This document shows positions 25,417 to 35,412 of a DNA stretch of 64,000 nucleotides, piece after piece. Under the pieces are notes generated by a model that did no database searches, was not told where the DNA came from, and saw only the letters and a program-made list of their open reading frames with translations. The stretch is from a virus, in IMG/VR virus record IMGVR_UViG_3300025584_000449, positions 64,001-128,000 of that record, one strand, 5' to 3'. Every line of letters starts with the position of its first letter. Positions within the stretch are counted from its first letter, which is position 1. The position numbers were made by a program, and so were the translations under genes.

Positions 25417-28362
25417 ATGATATATTCTATAACTCTCCAAAAAAAGCAAAAATTCGGCAGACCTAAAAAAGTCACGCTTAGAGAATATTCTAAGCGTAGA
25501 CTTGAGGCTAATGTTATGCAAAAGTTAAAGGAGGGTTATACAAAAACTGCATCTGAGAAAAAAGATATAGTTGAAACTGCTGGAGCATCCGCAGCTACTG
25601 CGGGTGTTTTACAAACTACTAATGTAATAAAAAAGAAACGTGCTATAAAGAAAGCTCCTAAGACTATTGAAGAGGCACGAAGAGTTTTAGAAAAAGCGAT
25701 GGCTGGTGCTAGTAAAGGTGATGTAATATTTACTAGCAACCCTAAAGGGTTAACTCCTGATTATAGACCATTACATCCTATAATGATTCTTGATAAGAGA
25801 AAGAAAAAATTAGGGGATGTGTATCCCTCTACTGTTAATGGTGTTAATAGTAATGTAATGTCTGGAGTTAAGTCCCCACATCACATTGAGTCAACAAAGT
25901 CCAAATTAGATTTTTATTTAACTGGGGCTGGTTATGGTAAGGCCGAGTATAAGCCAGAGCATTTTTTACAGTTTAAGAGTATAAAAAAAGGAAATCCAGA
26001 AGCAGCAAAAAGGTTTGTTGAACAAGCTAGATCAGGAGAATACTCTTACGGCATTGGTAGTCCAAAAAATCCTAAAAAGATAACATGCGTAGATGCAATT
26101 TGTAAAGCTATTCATGGTAAAAAATCAATTAAACACTCGACTCCACGAGCTCTTTCTAAATCATTAAAAACTGTTTGGAAAAATCCTGCTGCTTATAAAG
26201 CACTTCCCGTAGTTGCTCCAGCTGTAGCCGTTGGTGGAACAGTAGCTGCTTATAAAGCTTTTAAAGCTAGAAATAAAAAAGTGTCTACTCAAAATAAAGC
26301 AGTTATTGCGGCAGGTGCTATAGGCACTGTGCCAGCAGTACATGCTGGAACCTCCCTGGTAAAAGGTTTTTCAAGAACGGGATTAAAACAGTTAATGAAA
26401 ATAGCTGCTAAGAAAAAGGAAGATAATAATAAAGCTAAAGCTTCTGTTTTAGCAGGAACTGCGGTTGCGGCTCCTACTGCTGTTGCAGCAGATCATTTAA
26501 CTAGAAAACGTAATCGTGTAAAGATTGATCCTAAAGCTAAAGATGCTATTATATTTACTGAAGGTGGAAAATATAACACTGGCGGGTCTGGACATGCTGC
26601 AGCGTCAGAAGCCATTAGACAGGCCTATGAAAAGAAACATCCCGGTGCAAAAGCTCACGTAATGAACTATGGAGATTATGCTAAAGCTAAAAGATTGGCA
26701 AACCCTGCTAAAACTAATTATGAAGCTATGGCTGGAATTTCTACACAAAATCCTTTTAAGAAATTTTTAGGACGGTTAGGGTTTGGTAGTACTTATCTAC
26801 CTTTCTATGCCTCAGTAAGTAAAAGAAAATTATCAAAAGATATTAAAGCAATTAATCCTGGAAGAGTAATAGTTACTCATCCTGGAGCTGCTCCACATTT
26901 ACAAAGTTTAGGCATTAGTCCTGAAGTAGTAGTAACAGATTACGGTGTGGGTAATAAAGGCTCTAAAGATTTTTGGGAAACAGCAAAGGGTCTTGGAAAG
27001 AAAGATCCAAAAAATGTTGGTGGAGTGTTTGCTCCTTCTAAATCTGGAACTGATATCTTCAAAGATGTAAAGGATGCTGGAAGACCTGTTACACAAATTA
27101 GCTCTATTCCAATTGAAAATCGTCACATAAAGCCTGTAAAGGTTGATAAAAAATTAGTAAGAAAAATAAAACCAACAGCTTCACCAGATTTTGATGCTTA
27201 TACGCCAGATAGAAAAAAGAGTGGAAAAATTGTAGTTCCAAAGGGTAAAAAATTAGTTGTATTAGCTGGTGGTGGTACAGGACAAGACGTAGAAGCTATG
27301 GCAGAAATTCTGTTAAAAGAAAAACGAAAAGGTATTCATTACGTAGGTGTTGCTGGCGGAAATAAAAAAGTATATAGAAGATTACAACAACTACAGCAAC
27401 AGCATGGTGCAGATAAGATATCTATAACTGGTTTTGCAAAGAATCTTGATAAACTAAACGAAGCTGCGCATGTAACAGTCTCTCGCCCTCACGGGTTAGG
27501 CCCTACTGAATTAGGCGCTTCCGGTAAAGTCAATATTAATGTTGTGCGTGGGAGAAAGTATGACAAGAGAAAAAAGAGTTTAAAATTTGTAGATAGCTAT
27601 AGCCCTCATATGAGTGAGAATGCTTTACATTATAGGGATACAGCTGGATCTCCTATTGCCACCCTTAGAAGAGGCAAAGGTAGAAAAGGATTAGATTATA
27701 ATAGTTTGAATGATCAACTAAATTATGCTTTGAGTGATCATAAAAATTTAAGTGCAAAAGCGAAATCTTGGCAAGAAACCTTCCAAGAAGGTGGCGGTGC
27801 AGCTGAAGTTGCAGCGGCCAAGTCTAGTACTTTCTCAAGAAAACTTAAACTTAGTAAATCTAAAGTCGGAATAGCTGTTGGCGTTAGTACGGCATCACTT
27901 TTAGGTGCTAAACACTTTCTTACTAAAGATAAAAAGAAGCAAGTAAAGGTAGCTGAAATGAAAAAGAAAAAGAAGGAAACTGGAACACTTGTGTCTTCTA
28001 CAGTTAAAATGACTGCAGCAGGTGCGACAGCTGGTGCTGGAAAATATATAACAGATTTGATTAGACTTGGTCAGCCAGGCGATACTGCTGGTCAAGGGTT
28101 TAGCGAACGAGCTATTTTAAAAGGGGTAAGCGAACAAGCTATAAAAGATTCTCTTCGTATGCGCTCAAAGGGTGGTATTAGAGATAGTTTTTCTGTTGCG
28201 CTACACGGAGAAGAAATAGCTAAAAAAGTAAGAGAAACAGCTAATGCTAGAATCTTCAGCAAAGGAGTATTAAAATCTATGAAAGCACCAGCCGTAGCTG
28301 CTGGGTTAGCTGGATTAGGATTTGGAGTCCATCGTGAGTTTAAAAGGAAGCAAAAGAAATGA
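25417..28362 (+). CDS. polyprotein: permuted papain-like amidase + GT28/UgtP-like glycosyltransferase + TM-anchored modules
   Basis: GDVIFT..H..C (His 25774, Cys 26086); GSGHAAASEAI, VIVTHP, VVTDY, LAGGGTG, GF..L...VSRP.G...E; modules separated by KTAS, KIAA, KVAE. Confidence 0.7.
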   Translation: MIYSITLQKKQKFGRPKKVTLREYSKRRLEANVMQKLKEGYTKTASEKKDIVETAGASAATAGVLQTTNVIKKKRAIKKAPKTIEEARRVLEKAMAGASKGDVIFTSNPKGLTPDYRPLHPIMILDKRKKKLGDVYPSTVNGVNSNVMSGVKSPHHIESTKSKLDFYLTGAGYGKAEYKPEHFLQFKSIKKGNPEAAKRFVEQARSGEYSYGIGSPKNPKKITCVDAICKAIHGKKSIKHSTPRALSKSLKTVWKNPAAYKALPVVAPAVAVGGTVAAYKAFKARNKKVSTQNKAVIAAGAIGTVPAVHAGTSLVKGFSRTGLKQLMKIAAKKKEDNNKAKASVLAGTAVAAPTAVAADHLTRKRNRVKIDPKAKDAIIFTEGGKYNTGGSGHAAASEAIRQAYEKKHPGAKAHVMNYGDYAKAKRLANPAKTNYEAMAGISTQNPFKKFLGRLGFGSTYLPFYASVSKRKLSKDIKAINPGRVIVTHPGAAPHLQSLGISPEVVVTDYGVGNKGSKDFWETAKGLGKKDPKNVGGVFAPSKSGTDIFKDVKDAGRPVTQISSIPIENRHIKPVKVDKKLVRKIKPTASPDFDAYTPDRKKSGKIVVPKGKKLVVLAGGGTGQDVEAMAEILLKEKRKGIHYVGVAGGNKKVYRRLQQLQQQHGADKISITGFAKNLDKLNEAAHVTVSRPHGLGPTELGASGKVNINVVRGRKYDKRKKSLKFVDSYSPHMSENALHYRDTAGSPIATLRRGKGRKGLDYNSLNDQLNYALSDHKNLSAKAKSWQETFQEGGGAAEVAAAKSSTFSRKLKLSKSKVGIAVGVSTASLLGAKHFLTKDKKKQVKVAEMKKKKKETGTLVSSTVKMTAAGATAGAGKYITDLIRLGQPGDTAGQGFSERAILKGVSEQAIKDSLRMRSKGGIRDSFSVALHGEEIAKKVRETANARIFSKGVLKSMKAPAVAAGLAGLGFGVHREFKRKQKK

Positions 28363-28669
28363 GCAAGACTAAGATCGTCGTGAATAAAACTAAAAATCGT
28401 GAAAAACTATTAAGACAAAGAAAAGAAGAAAAACGACAAGCTAAATACAAGTCATATGAAGATTATGACCAAGATACTTATTTACAAGATGACGAAGACT
28501 AAACCGAGGAAATAACCAATGAGATCATTTAAAATTGACGAATATAATTCTATTCCATTTAAGGATGAGGTAGAAACGTTACGTGAGAATGGTGAACATA
28601 AAGAGGCTTTTGAACTAATGGATACATTAGCTCAGCAAGCTATTACAACAGAAGATAAAGAAAAAACTG

Positions 28670-29329
28670 ATGAGTAAGAATTATCTTATTCAAGCTTTAC
28701 TATCTGCTGGGGCTATAGGCTATGGAGTTCACGGTATTAAGCAGACTGATAAAGTTAATAAGGTACTTGAAGATCAAGTAAAAAAAGAAATAAAAATTAA
28801 TCAAAGATTACCAAAAGTTCCCAAAGACATAAAATTATTAAAAACTAAAAAAGATTTACATTCATATATTGACCTTTCAGAAAAAACTGATAAAAAACGA
28901 AAACTTATGAAACAAATTATAGGGCCGATAACAAAAAAGCCAAATGCTTTTGCGTTTGTACCAGACAATGAATCCGCCGGGTTAGCTGTTTATATCCCAG
29001 ATAATATGAAGGCTTCTAAAGTAGTCGCCCACGAATTGGGACATATAGAAGATTTTAAGAAACATAATGTAAAAGGGACTATAGGATATAACAAATTAAT
29101 AAATACTAAAAAAAGTCTTTTTAAAGGTATAATTAGCCCTAAAAAAACTTCCGTATACAGCTCTGAAGTTAGGGCTTGGGATAACGCAAAAATAAAAAAA
29201 GATGACCCATTAAGAGTGGCGGCTTTAAAAACATATGAAGAAAATTTAAAGATTTATAGAAGAACTATTCCTATTTTATTAGGAGTTGGTAATTTATATA
29301 GACTTGGATTTAAAAAAAGTAAATGGTAA
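28670..29329 (+). CDS. HExxH zinc metallopeptidase-like, membrane-anchored
   Basis: VVAHELGH and downstream EVRAW; hydrophobic termini; C-terminal LGFKK. Confidence 0.65.
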   Translation: MSKNYLIQALLSAGAIGYGVHGIKQTDKVNKVLEDQVKKEIKINQRLPKVPKDIKLLKTKKDLHSYIDLSEKTDKKRKLMKQIIGPITKKPNAFAFVPDNESAGLAVYIPDNMKASKVVAHELGHIEDFKKHNVKGTIGYNKLINTKKSLFKGIISPKKTSVYSSEVRAWDNAKIKKDDPLRVAALKTYEENLKIYRRTIPILLGVGNLYRLGFKKSKW

Positions 29330-29353
29330 ATAGTAGGAGGTAGAAGAGTAATA

Positions 29354-29581
29354 ATGGAATATTTGTTGATGGAGCACAATGGTGACCAAGACCATTTAGA
29401 AATAGTAGAAACTATAGAAGAATTTGTATTAGACAAATTTGGACATACAAAAGTTGAAGAAGCTATTTCTACAACAGATAAAGTAATTATATATAATAGA
29501 GAATTAGACCCTCTAGTTACTTTAAATAAAATACCTAAAGACGCAGACTTAAATTTATTGTTTAGCTTAACTGGAGAGTAA
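29354..29581 (+). CDS. hypothetical protein
   Basis: GGAGG upstream. Confidence 0.5.
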   Translation: MEYLLMEHNGDQDHLEIVETIEEFVLDKFGHTKVEEAISTTDKVIIYNRELDPLVTLNKIPKDADLNLLFSLTGE

Positions 29582-29583
29582 TT

Positions 29584-30018
29584 ATGCCGGAAGAAAAGAT
29601 TATGCGGAACTCTAATACAGTTCCTCGTGGGACAGGTGCCACTAAAACTGTAGGGATAATGTTGTCTATTGTATTATCGTTTTTAACGATATGGAATTTT
29701 ATGGGAGATAGAATTGATGATATTATTACAGCACAGAATAATTATCATATAGCTCATGAAAAAGCACACACACAATTATATAATGAGATGGATGACCTAT
29801 TACATGAACTAGGTGATATTAAAATTAATATGGAAGATAGAAAAGTGCAAAAATATAAATTAGAAAATGTTGAACATGTTAATGCACAAGAAGCTTCTGA
29901 GAGTAGAGAAGAAAGACATTTATTAGAGTCACAAGATAGAGATCATAGCACAGCAATTACTAGACTAGAAGAACAAGTAAAAACTATTCAGAATAGAATA
30001 GAAATACTTCACCCCTAA
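29584..30018 (+). CDS. membrane-anchored coiled-coil protein
   Basis: single N-terminal TM then heptads; possibly lysis-related, unproven. Confidence 0.5.
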   Translation: MPEEKIMRNSNTVPRGTGATKTVGIMLSIVLSFLTIWNFMGDRIDDIITAQNNYHIAHEKAHTQLYNEMDDLLHELGDIKINMEDRKVQKYKLENVEHVNAQEASESREERHLLESQDRDHSTAITRLEEQVKTIQNRIEILHP

Positions 30019-30156
30019 AGTATTCGGGAGACTAACCATAATGGAATTTATCATACTAGGATTGATAGGTGTGTCATATGTTTGTTTGTTTGAGCCAACC
30101 TTACTAACAAATCACCTTGCACACTTTTTAAAATTAAAAGCAAAGGACGAGGAATA

Positions 30157-30456
30157 ATGCAAATTGTTTTAAATGACTTAGATCCGACAAAAGATGAAAA
30201 GTTATTAGCATTTTTTGAAGGGCAAGAATCTGCTTTGGTTAAGATGGCATCCATCTTAACGTATAATACAGATGCAGATTTTGAGGGGCTGTTTGAAAAG
30301 ATAGCTGAAACCTACGAGCCTAGTTCTTTTAAAGAGCTACAAGAAAAAGTCGAAGAACTATTTCCAGAGAATGTTAAATTAGCTAATAAGTTAACTACTT
30401 GGGGAGATAAGTTATGTTTAGACAGAGATAGACTAAAGAAAGTGTTTAATCTCTAA
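30157..30456 (+). CDS. hypothetical protein
   Basis: GAGG RBS. Confidence 0.55.
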   Translation: MQIVLNDLDPTKDEKLLAFFEGQESALVKMASILTYNTDADFEGLFEKIAETYEPSSFKELQEKVEELFPENVKLANKLTTWGDKLCLDRDRLKKVFNL

Positions 30457-30646
30457 TGAATATCAGACCTTTACAACAATCACAAAAAATAACTTGCTCT
30501 GCATGTAAATCTGGAATTGCAGTAAGAACAAGACTAGTAGGACCAGACGGTAAAGGTAGATTTGTATACAAATGTACAAATCCAAAATGCAAAGTTTCTA
30601 GGAGATAATGATGTTAAAAAAGTTAGGGAAAACTTAAAGATTAATT

Positions 30647-31135
30647 ATGATTTTTTGTAAGAATGCAAAATTAAGAGGAAGAGCATTAAGAGAGATTAGA
30701 AAACTAAAAGCTTTAGCAAAAGGTGATTTGACTACTCATCTTACTAATAGAGAAAGTTTAAATTCTATAATTTCTTCTAAAAAATTATTATCTTCAGCAG
30801 ATATTCATAGATTACCAGCAGAACATTCTTTAAGAAAAACCGAATGGGCTAGAATTTTTGGTCTTCATGGAAATTTAAGTGGCACTTATGGGGCTGAAAC
30901 TGGTAGAAATTATTCAGTTATATTTAAAAGAAAAAATACTATTAATGGTCCAACAAAATTTAAAACTGTAACCATGAAGTCTCCTCAAAAATTAAAAAAA
31001 ATTATAATAGGAACTCCAAAGTCTGAATTAAATGTTTTAAGAAAGAAATATAGGGATGTTGTTTTTGTAGATAATTCAGACTTACGTAAATTAGGATTTA
31101 AAAAAGAAGGGTTTGAATATGGCTATCGCTATTAG
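30647..31135 (+). CDS. basic protein, possible ART (DarT-like) fold
   Basis: THLTNRESLNSIISSKKLLS resembles the HxTxxxNLxSIL...LLS start of DarT-like ARTs; KNA leader, KLGFKK tail. Confidence 0.4.
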   Translation: MIFCKNAKLRGRALREIRKLKALAKGDLTTHLTNRESLNSIISSKKLLSSADIHRLPAEHSLRKTEWARIFGLHGNLSGTYGAETGRNYSVIFKRKNTINGPTKFKTVTMKSPQKLKKIIIGTPKSELNVLRKKYRDVVFVDNSDLRKLGFKKEGFEYGYRY

Positions 31136-32012
31136 TAAAAAACTTCCACATTATAATTATATTGTTGCATTATTTGCAACTAAAAAATATCCTAAATCCG
31201 AGATTAAGCAGATGTTGGAAGATCGAGGTCTCCCTACTTCTAATTATTATCTTGATAAGATAGTGGCGGAGCTATTATCTCAACATCCAGATTATTTCCA
31301 AGATAATAAAAAGACTATTAACGATTTAGAGCCGGAATGGATTGCTACATTGAAGATAGAAAAAATGTTAGGATACTTAGAAAATATAATAGTGCCTGGA
31401 AACTCAATAGATGGAATAGAAGGAGCATTTAAAATTTTAGATGATCCTTTAATGTTTAGGTTAGTAAGTTCTCTATGTATCGTCGGAATCACTCAAGAAG
31501 ACATTGAATTAATGGTAAACGGAAAATTTAACCTTGAGTACTCCTATGAAGACATAGATGAGTTCACACAATATTTCTTTAATGTGCACAACTGGACTCG
31601 TGTCCAAAAACAAAATTATATAAAAGATCGTTCGCCTAAAGAATATGTACCTACGTTTAAGGTTGCACTAAAAGGTGATAAAGACTACTTGATTTGGAAA
31701 TTAGGAGCTCAGCCCGATAGAACTCATGAGTCTATGATCAATGAAATGGTAACTGACTCGTTTTATAACTTCAAAGATAAAACTAGGTCAGACCCTGATT
31801 TAGCTCAGAAGTGGGGAACTCTTGCTTTAAAGTTATCTGATAAGGCTGATAAGATTAGAAAAGAATCTATATCTAATGAAGATTTCTTTAATATGGTTGA
31901 ATTCGATGATGGATCAGAGCAAGAAGAGTTAGTTACATTAGACCAATTAAATGATATAGAAGAAGCAGAGTCAGATAAAATAGTTCCTTTAAAAAATAAG
32001 AAACAAGGATAG
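31113..32012 (+). CDS. hypothetical protein, candidate terminase small subunit
   Basis: position two genes upstream of terL; acidic C-terminus; positional inference only. Confidence 0.4.
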   Translation: MNMAIAISKKLPHYNYIVALFATKKYPKSEIKQMLEDRGLPTSNYYLDKIVAELLSQHPDYFQDNKKTINDLEPEWIATLKIEKMLGYLENIIVPGNSIDGIEGAFKILDDPLMFRLVSSLCIVGITQEDIELMVNGKFNLEYSYEDIDEFTQYFFNVHNWTRVQKQNYIKDRSPKEYVPTFKVALKGDKDYLIWKLGAQPDRTHESMINEMVTDSFYNFKDKTRSDPDLAQKWGTLALKLSDKADKIRKESISNEDFFNMVEFDDGSEQEELVTLDQLNDIEEAESDKIVPLKNKKQG

Positions 32013-32013
32013 T

Positions 32014-32727
32014 ATGAGTCTTTTAGATAAAGTACAGACTACGCTAGATCCAAGTATTTGGCTTAAGAATTATAAGTTGAAACCTAAGGTTAGAAAACAA
32101 CTTATTAGAGAACTTAAAAGAGTAATTCCAAAGTCTACAAAGATAATGGACATTTTTCTACTTGGGTCTATCACTGGCTATAAGTATACTGTAAGATCAG
32201 ACATGGATGTCAACGTTATGGTTGATGTTAGCCCTGCTGATGCAAAAGTTTTACATGTAATGGCGCGTAACTTTGTTAATGGAAAATTAGTTACTGGGAC
32301 CAGACATCCAATTAATTATTATATTCTTCCTTATAGGAAGAAGTCTGATTTCAAAGATGCTAAGTTTGGAGTCTATGATATATTAGGTGATAAATGGCTA
32401 ATTCACCCTAGACTAGACCCAGAGAATATAAGAGATCCTAAAGTAGAATTCAAGAGTGAGCTAGAGCTAGCTAACTTATATGAAAAGATGTTAAAAGAAG
32501 ATGTTGAGAACGAGGATGTCGAGGATATTCTCGATATAGAACGAAAAGTACACGTAGGTCGAGAAATGGCATATGATGTAGGTTTTGGCATTCCTAGACG
32601 ATCTTTGCAGAACATAATATATAAGAAGTTGGAACATGGACCATACGGTAAAGTATTACAACATGCTCAAAAGATAAGATGGATTAGACGCAAGAAGCGC
32701 AAAGCACGGATGGAAATGGATAAGTAA
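32014..32727 (+). CDS. Pol-beta superfamily nucleotidyltransferase
   Basis: hGS...SDMD motif: LLGSITGYKYTVRSDMDVNV; C-terminal QNIIYKKL. Confidence 0.75.
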   Translation: MSLLDKVQTTLDPSIWLKNYKLKPKVRKQLIRELKRVIPKSTKIMDIFLLGSITGYKYTVRSDMDVNVMVDVSPADAKVLHVMARNFVNGKLVTGTRHPINYYILPYRKKSDFKDAKFGVYDILGDKWLIHPRLDPENIRDPKVEFKSELELANLYEKMLKEDVENEDVEDILDIERKVHVGREMAYDVGFGIPRRSLQNIIYKKLEHGPYGKVLQHAQKIRWIRRKKRKARMEMDK

Positions 32728-34284
32728 ATGGCTAATACAAAATCTCAGCGCAAAGTAAAGATGACGAAGTCTCAGTTTGCTGAGAAATTTTTATATTTAA
32801 ATGGTAGACAATTATCTTTGTCTGATTACCCTCATTTGAGGGCAATCTATGATTCAGATGCAAAAGACACTGTATTACAATTTAGCAGACAAACAGCAAA
32901 GAGTACTACTCTTGCTAATCTAAAGATTGCTAACTGTGCGATGCGTCCATATTTTAAATCTCTTTACATTGCTCCTACAGTTGATCAGTGTAAAGTATTT
33001 TCACATGATAGAGTTGCACCTGTTATAGAATCGTCTCCATTAATTAAACAACACTACATAAATTCTTCATTAGTACAGAACGTACATATGAAGCAATTTC
33101 TAAATGGATCTAAATTATATTTAAGATATGCCCTGGTGAATGCTGATAGGATTCGTGGATATTCTGCAGATATGAATCTATTCGATGAGGCACAGGATCT
33201 TGCAGCTGATATTATACCAGTTGTTAGAGAGACTATGTCTAGATCTATGTATAAAAAGACTATGTACGCAGGCACTCCCAAGCGCACGCGCGGGACTCTG
33301 GCAGATATATGGGAGCGTTCTACTAAGAACGAGTTCATGCCCCGCTGTACTGGCTGTGGAAAATGGAACTTATTAGATGAGAAGAATATAGGTAATCTTG
33401 GGGTTATCTGTAAATACTGTGGTAAACTAATGGACATCAAATCAGGTCGTTGGGTACAGACTGGTGAAGAGGATGCTACGGTTGAGGGCTGGAGAGTTTG
33501 TTTACTTCATTTCTCTAAAGCTCCTTGGGTAGATTGGCAAAAAGATGTAATAGAGAAAATGAAGATTACATCTAAGGCTATTTTCTATAATGAAACATTA
33601 GCTCTATCCTTCGATGATGGTGTAGCTCCAGTTACTAGATCACAAGTTAAAAAATGCTGCACTGGTCCAAGAATATCTCATGGAGACCCCGATCTTACAA
33701 AAGATAGTATTAATGCCTTTCCTAGAATATTGGGAATTGACTATGGTCCAGTAAACTCAGACTCATCAAATACTGTGATATCAATAGTACAAAAACGTGG
33801 ACCAAAGTTTCATGTATTATATGCTAAAAAATTTTTAGGCAAAGAAGCCGACTATGCGTTTATACATGATGAGGTACCAAGAATAATGAATAAATGGGGA
33901 GCCGAGTTTATAGCCTCTGACTATGGAATGGGAGAGGCACCTAACTCAGAGTTTAGAAGACGTTTAGGATATGAGAAAGTAATCGCTTTCCAGCACATGC
34001 CTAATCAGAAAAAGGTAATGGAGTTCAACTCCAAAATGCCTGCGTATACCCTTGGTAGAAACCAAGTTATGAATATGTTCTTCCAAAGAATTAAGAGTGG
34101 GGCTTATATTTTCCCCGAAGGGCAAGAGTTTGATACATTTGTTGATGATATGTTAAATGTACAAAATGAATACAATGAAGAAATGAACACAATGAAGTAT
34201 GTTAATATTGGTCCAGACGACTTTGTTCATGCAACCATATTTGCGTCCCTTTCTGCAGAATTATACAGTAACGCGCAACTTTAA
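32728..34284 (+). CDS. terL: terminase large subunit (lambda gpA-like ATPase with CxxC pair)
   Basis: Walker A-like SRQTAKST, Walker B DEAQD, CTGC/CKYC, nuclease LGIDYG, terminal DD. Confidence 0.85.
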   Translation: MANTKSQRKVKMTKSQFAEKFLYLNGRQLSLSDYPHLRAIYDSDAKDTVLQFSRQTAKSTTLANLKIANCAMRPYFKSLYIAPTVDQCKVFSHDRVAPVIESSPLIKQHYINSSLVQNVHMKQFLNGSKLYLRYALVNADRIRGYSADMNLFDEAQDLAADIIPVVRETMSRSMYKKTMYAGTPKRTRGTLADIWERSTKNEFMPRCTGCGKWNLLDEKNIGNLGVICKYCGKLMDIKSGRWVQTGEEDATVEGWRVCLLHFSKAPWVDWQKDVIEKMKITSKAIFYNETLALSFDDGVAPVTRSQVKKCCTGPRISHGDPDLTKDSINAFPRILGIDYGPVNSDSSNTVISIVQKRGPKFHVLYAKKFLGKEADYAFIHDEVPRIMNKWGAEFIASDYGMGEAPNSEFRRRLGYEKVIAFQHMPNQKKVMEFNSKMPAYTLGRNQVMNMFFQRIKSGAYIFPEGQEFDTFVDDMLNVQNEYNEEMNTMKYVNIGPDDFVHATIFASLSAELYSNAQL

Positions 34285-34305
34285 ACTAATAATGTAAAAA
34301 ACTAC

Positions 34306-34334
34306 TTGACAAGTAGTTAGAGAGAGGCTATATT
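34306..34334 (+). promoter_or_regulatory. sigma70-type promoter
   Basis: TTGACA-17-TATATT. Confidence 0.7.
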
Positions 34335-34338
34335 TATT

Positions 34339-35412
34339 ATGATGATCACTTCCTTCGATTTAGATTCCTTTGGAAAACAAGCTGCAGAAAATTACGTATC
34401 TAGCGATGTATCGTTAAACGATACTATTACAAAAATCGCAGAAGACAACGGATTGAGTGTGCAGCAAATAACACGTGTGGTGGAGGCTGCAAACGTGGAA
34501 ACCTACCTGTCTCTATTAAAAACTGCAAAAGACAAGTACGTCGAATTTGACGTAGCTACTGCAAATGATGTGCACACTTCAGTAACAAAGGTTGCTGAAG
34601 TTTCTAATTGTCATGACTATGATGAACCTCCGTGCATCAATGAAGACGTCGCTCTTTTCTACATAGAAAAGACTGCAGAAATTCCAATAGACAGAGCTAA
34701 GATAGAAAAACAAGCTAGCGAACTAAGTGGAAAATTCGACTTCTTAGTTAACGCTTTACATGACAACGAGTTAGAAGCAGATACATTACTTAGAGATCTA
34801 AAAGTAATGACCAAGCAAGCTTTGTTACAAAATGTCGCTTTTAATGATTTAGGTTTAATCTACAAAGAAGCTATGCCTATTCTAGGCGAAGCTGTTCTTT
34901 CAGAAATTAAAAATACAATTACAGAAAATTCTCCTCATCTAGATCTTGAAAAAGAAGCTTCTATGAAGTTTGTAAATGAGGAAAGTGACTTCTTCCTAGC
35001 CGCACAGAACTTTGAAAAAGTGGCTGAAAAAAGATTAATGATCGCAGATGCTATCTCTCACTTTGAGGATAAGTACGAAGAGTTAAAAGAATTTGATGTT
35101 ATACTTCCTAAGTTAAATAAAACTGCTGGAAGTTTAAGAGGTCTTCTAGCAAAAATAAAAGGCATTCCTGCGTCATTAGGTGAAAAGATGCGTAAAGCTA
35201 AAAAGCTTAAAGCATCTAAAGAATACGTAAAAGAGCATGAGAAAAAACTAACCTGGAAACCCGAAATTCCTGTTAAAAAAACTTTGAAGAGAGTTGGAAT
35301 TGCTGGCATGGTCGGTGGCGGTTATGCTGTTGGTAAAGGAAAAGGTAAAGAAGACCAAGGCGATATCTTACGTACACAATTATTTAATCAACAAAGATTA
35401 AGGAAATATTAA
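34339..35412 (+). CDS. head/inner-body protein with about ten K-x-A motifs
   Basis: KQA, KIA, KTA, KVA, KEA repeats; C-terminal TM-like Gly-rich helix; head operon. Confidence 0.6.
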   Translation: MMITSFDLDSFGKQAAENYVSSDVSLNDTITKIAEDNGLSVQQITRVVEAANVETYLSLLKTAKDKYVEFDVATANDVHTSVTKVAEVSNCHDYDEPPCINEDVALFYIEKTAEIPIDRAKIEKQASELSGKFDFLVNALHDNELEADTLLRDLKVMTKQALLQNVAFNDLGLIYKEAMPILGEAVLSEIKNTITENSPHLDLEKEASMKFVNEESDFFLAAQNFEKVAEKRLMIADAISHFEDKYEELKEFDVILPKLNKTAGSLRGLLAKIKGIPASLGEKMRKAKKLKASKEYVKEHEKKLTWKPEIPVKKTLKRVGIAGMVGGGYAVGKGKGKEDQGDILRTQLFNQQRLRKY

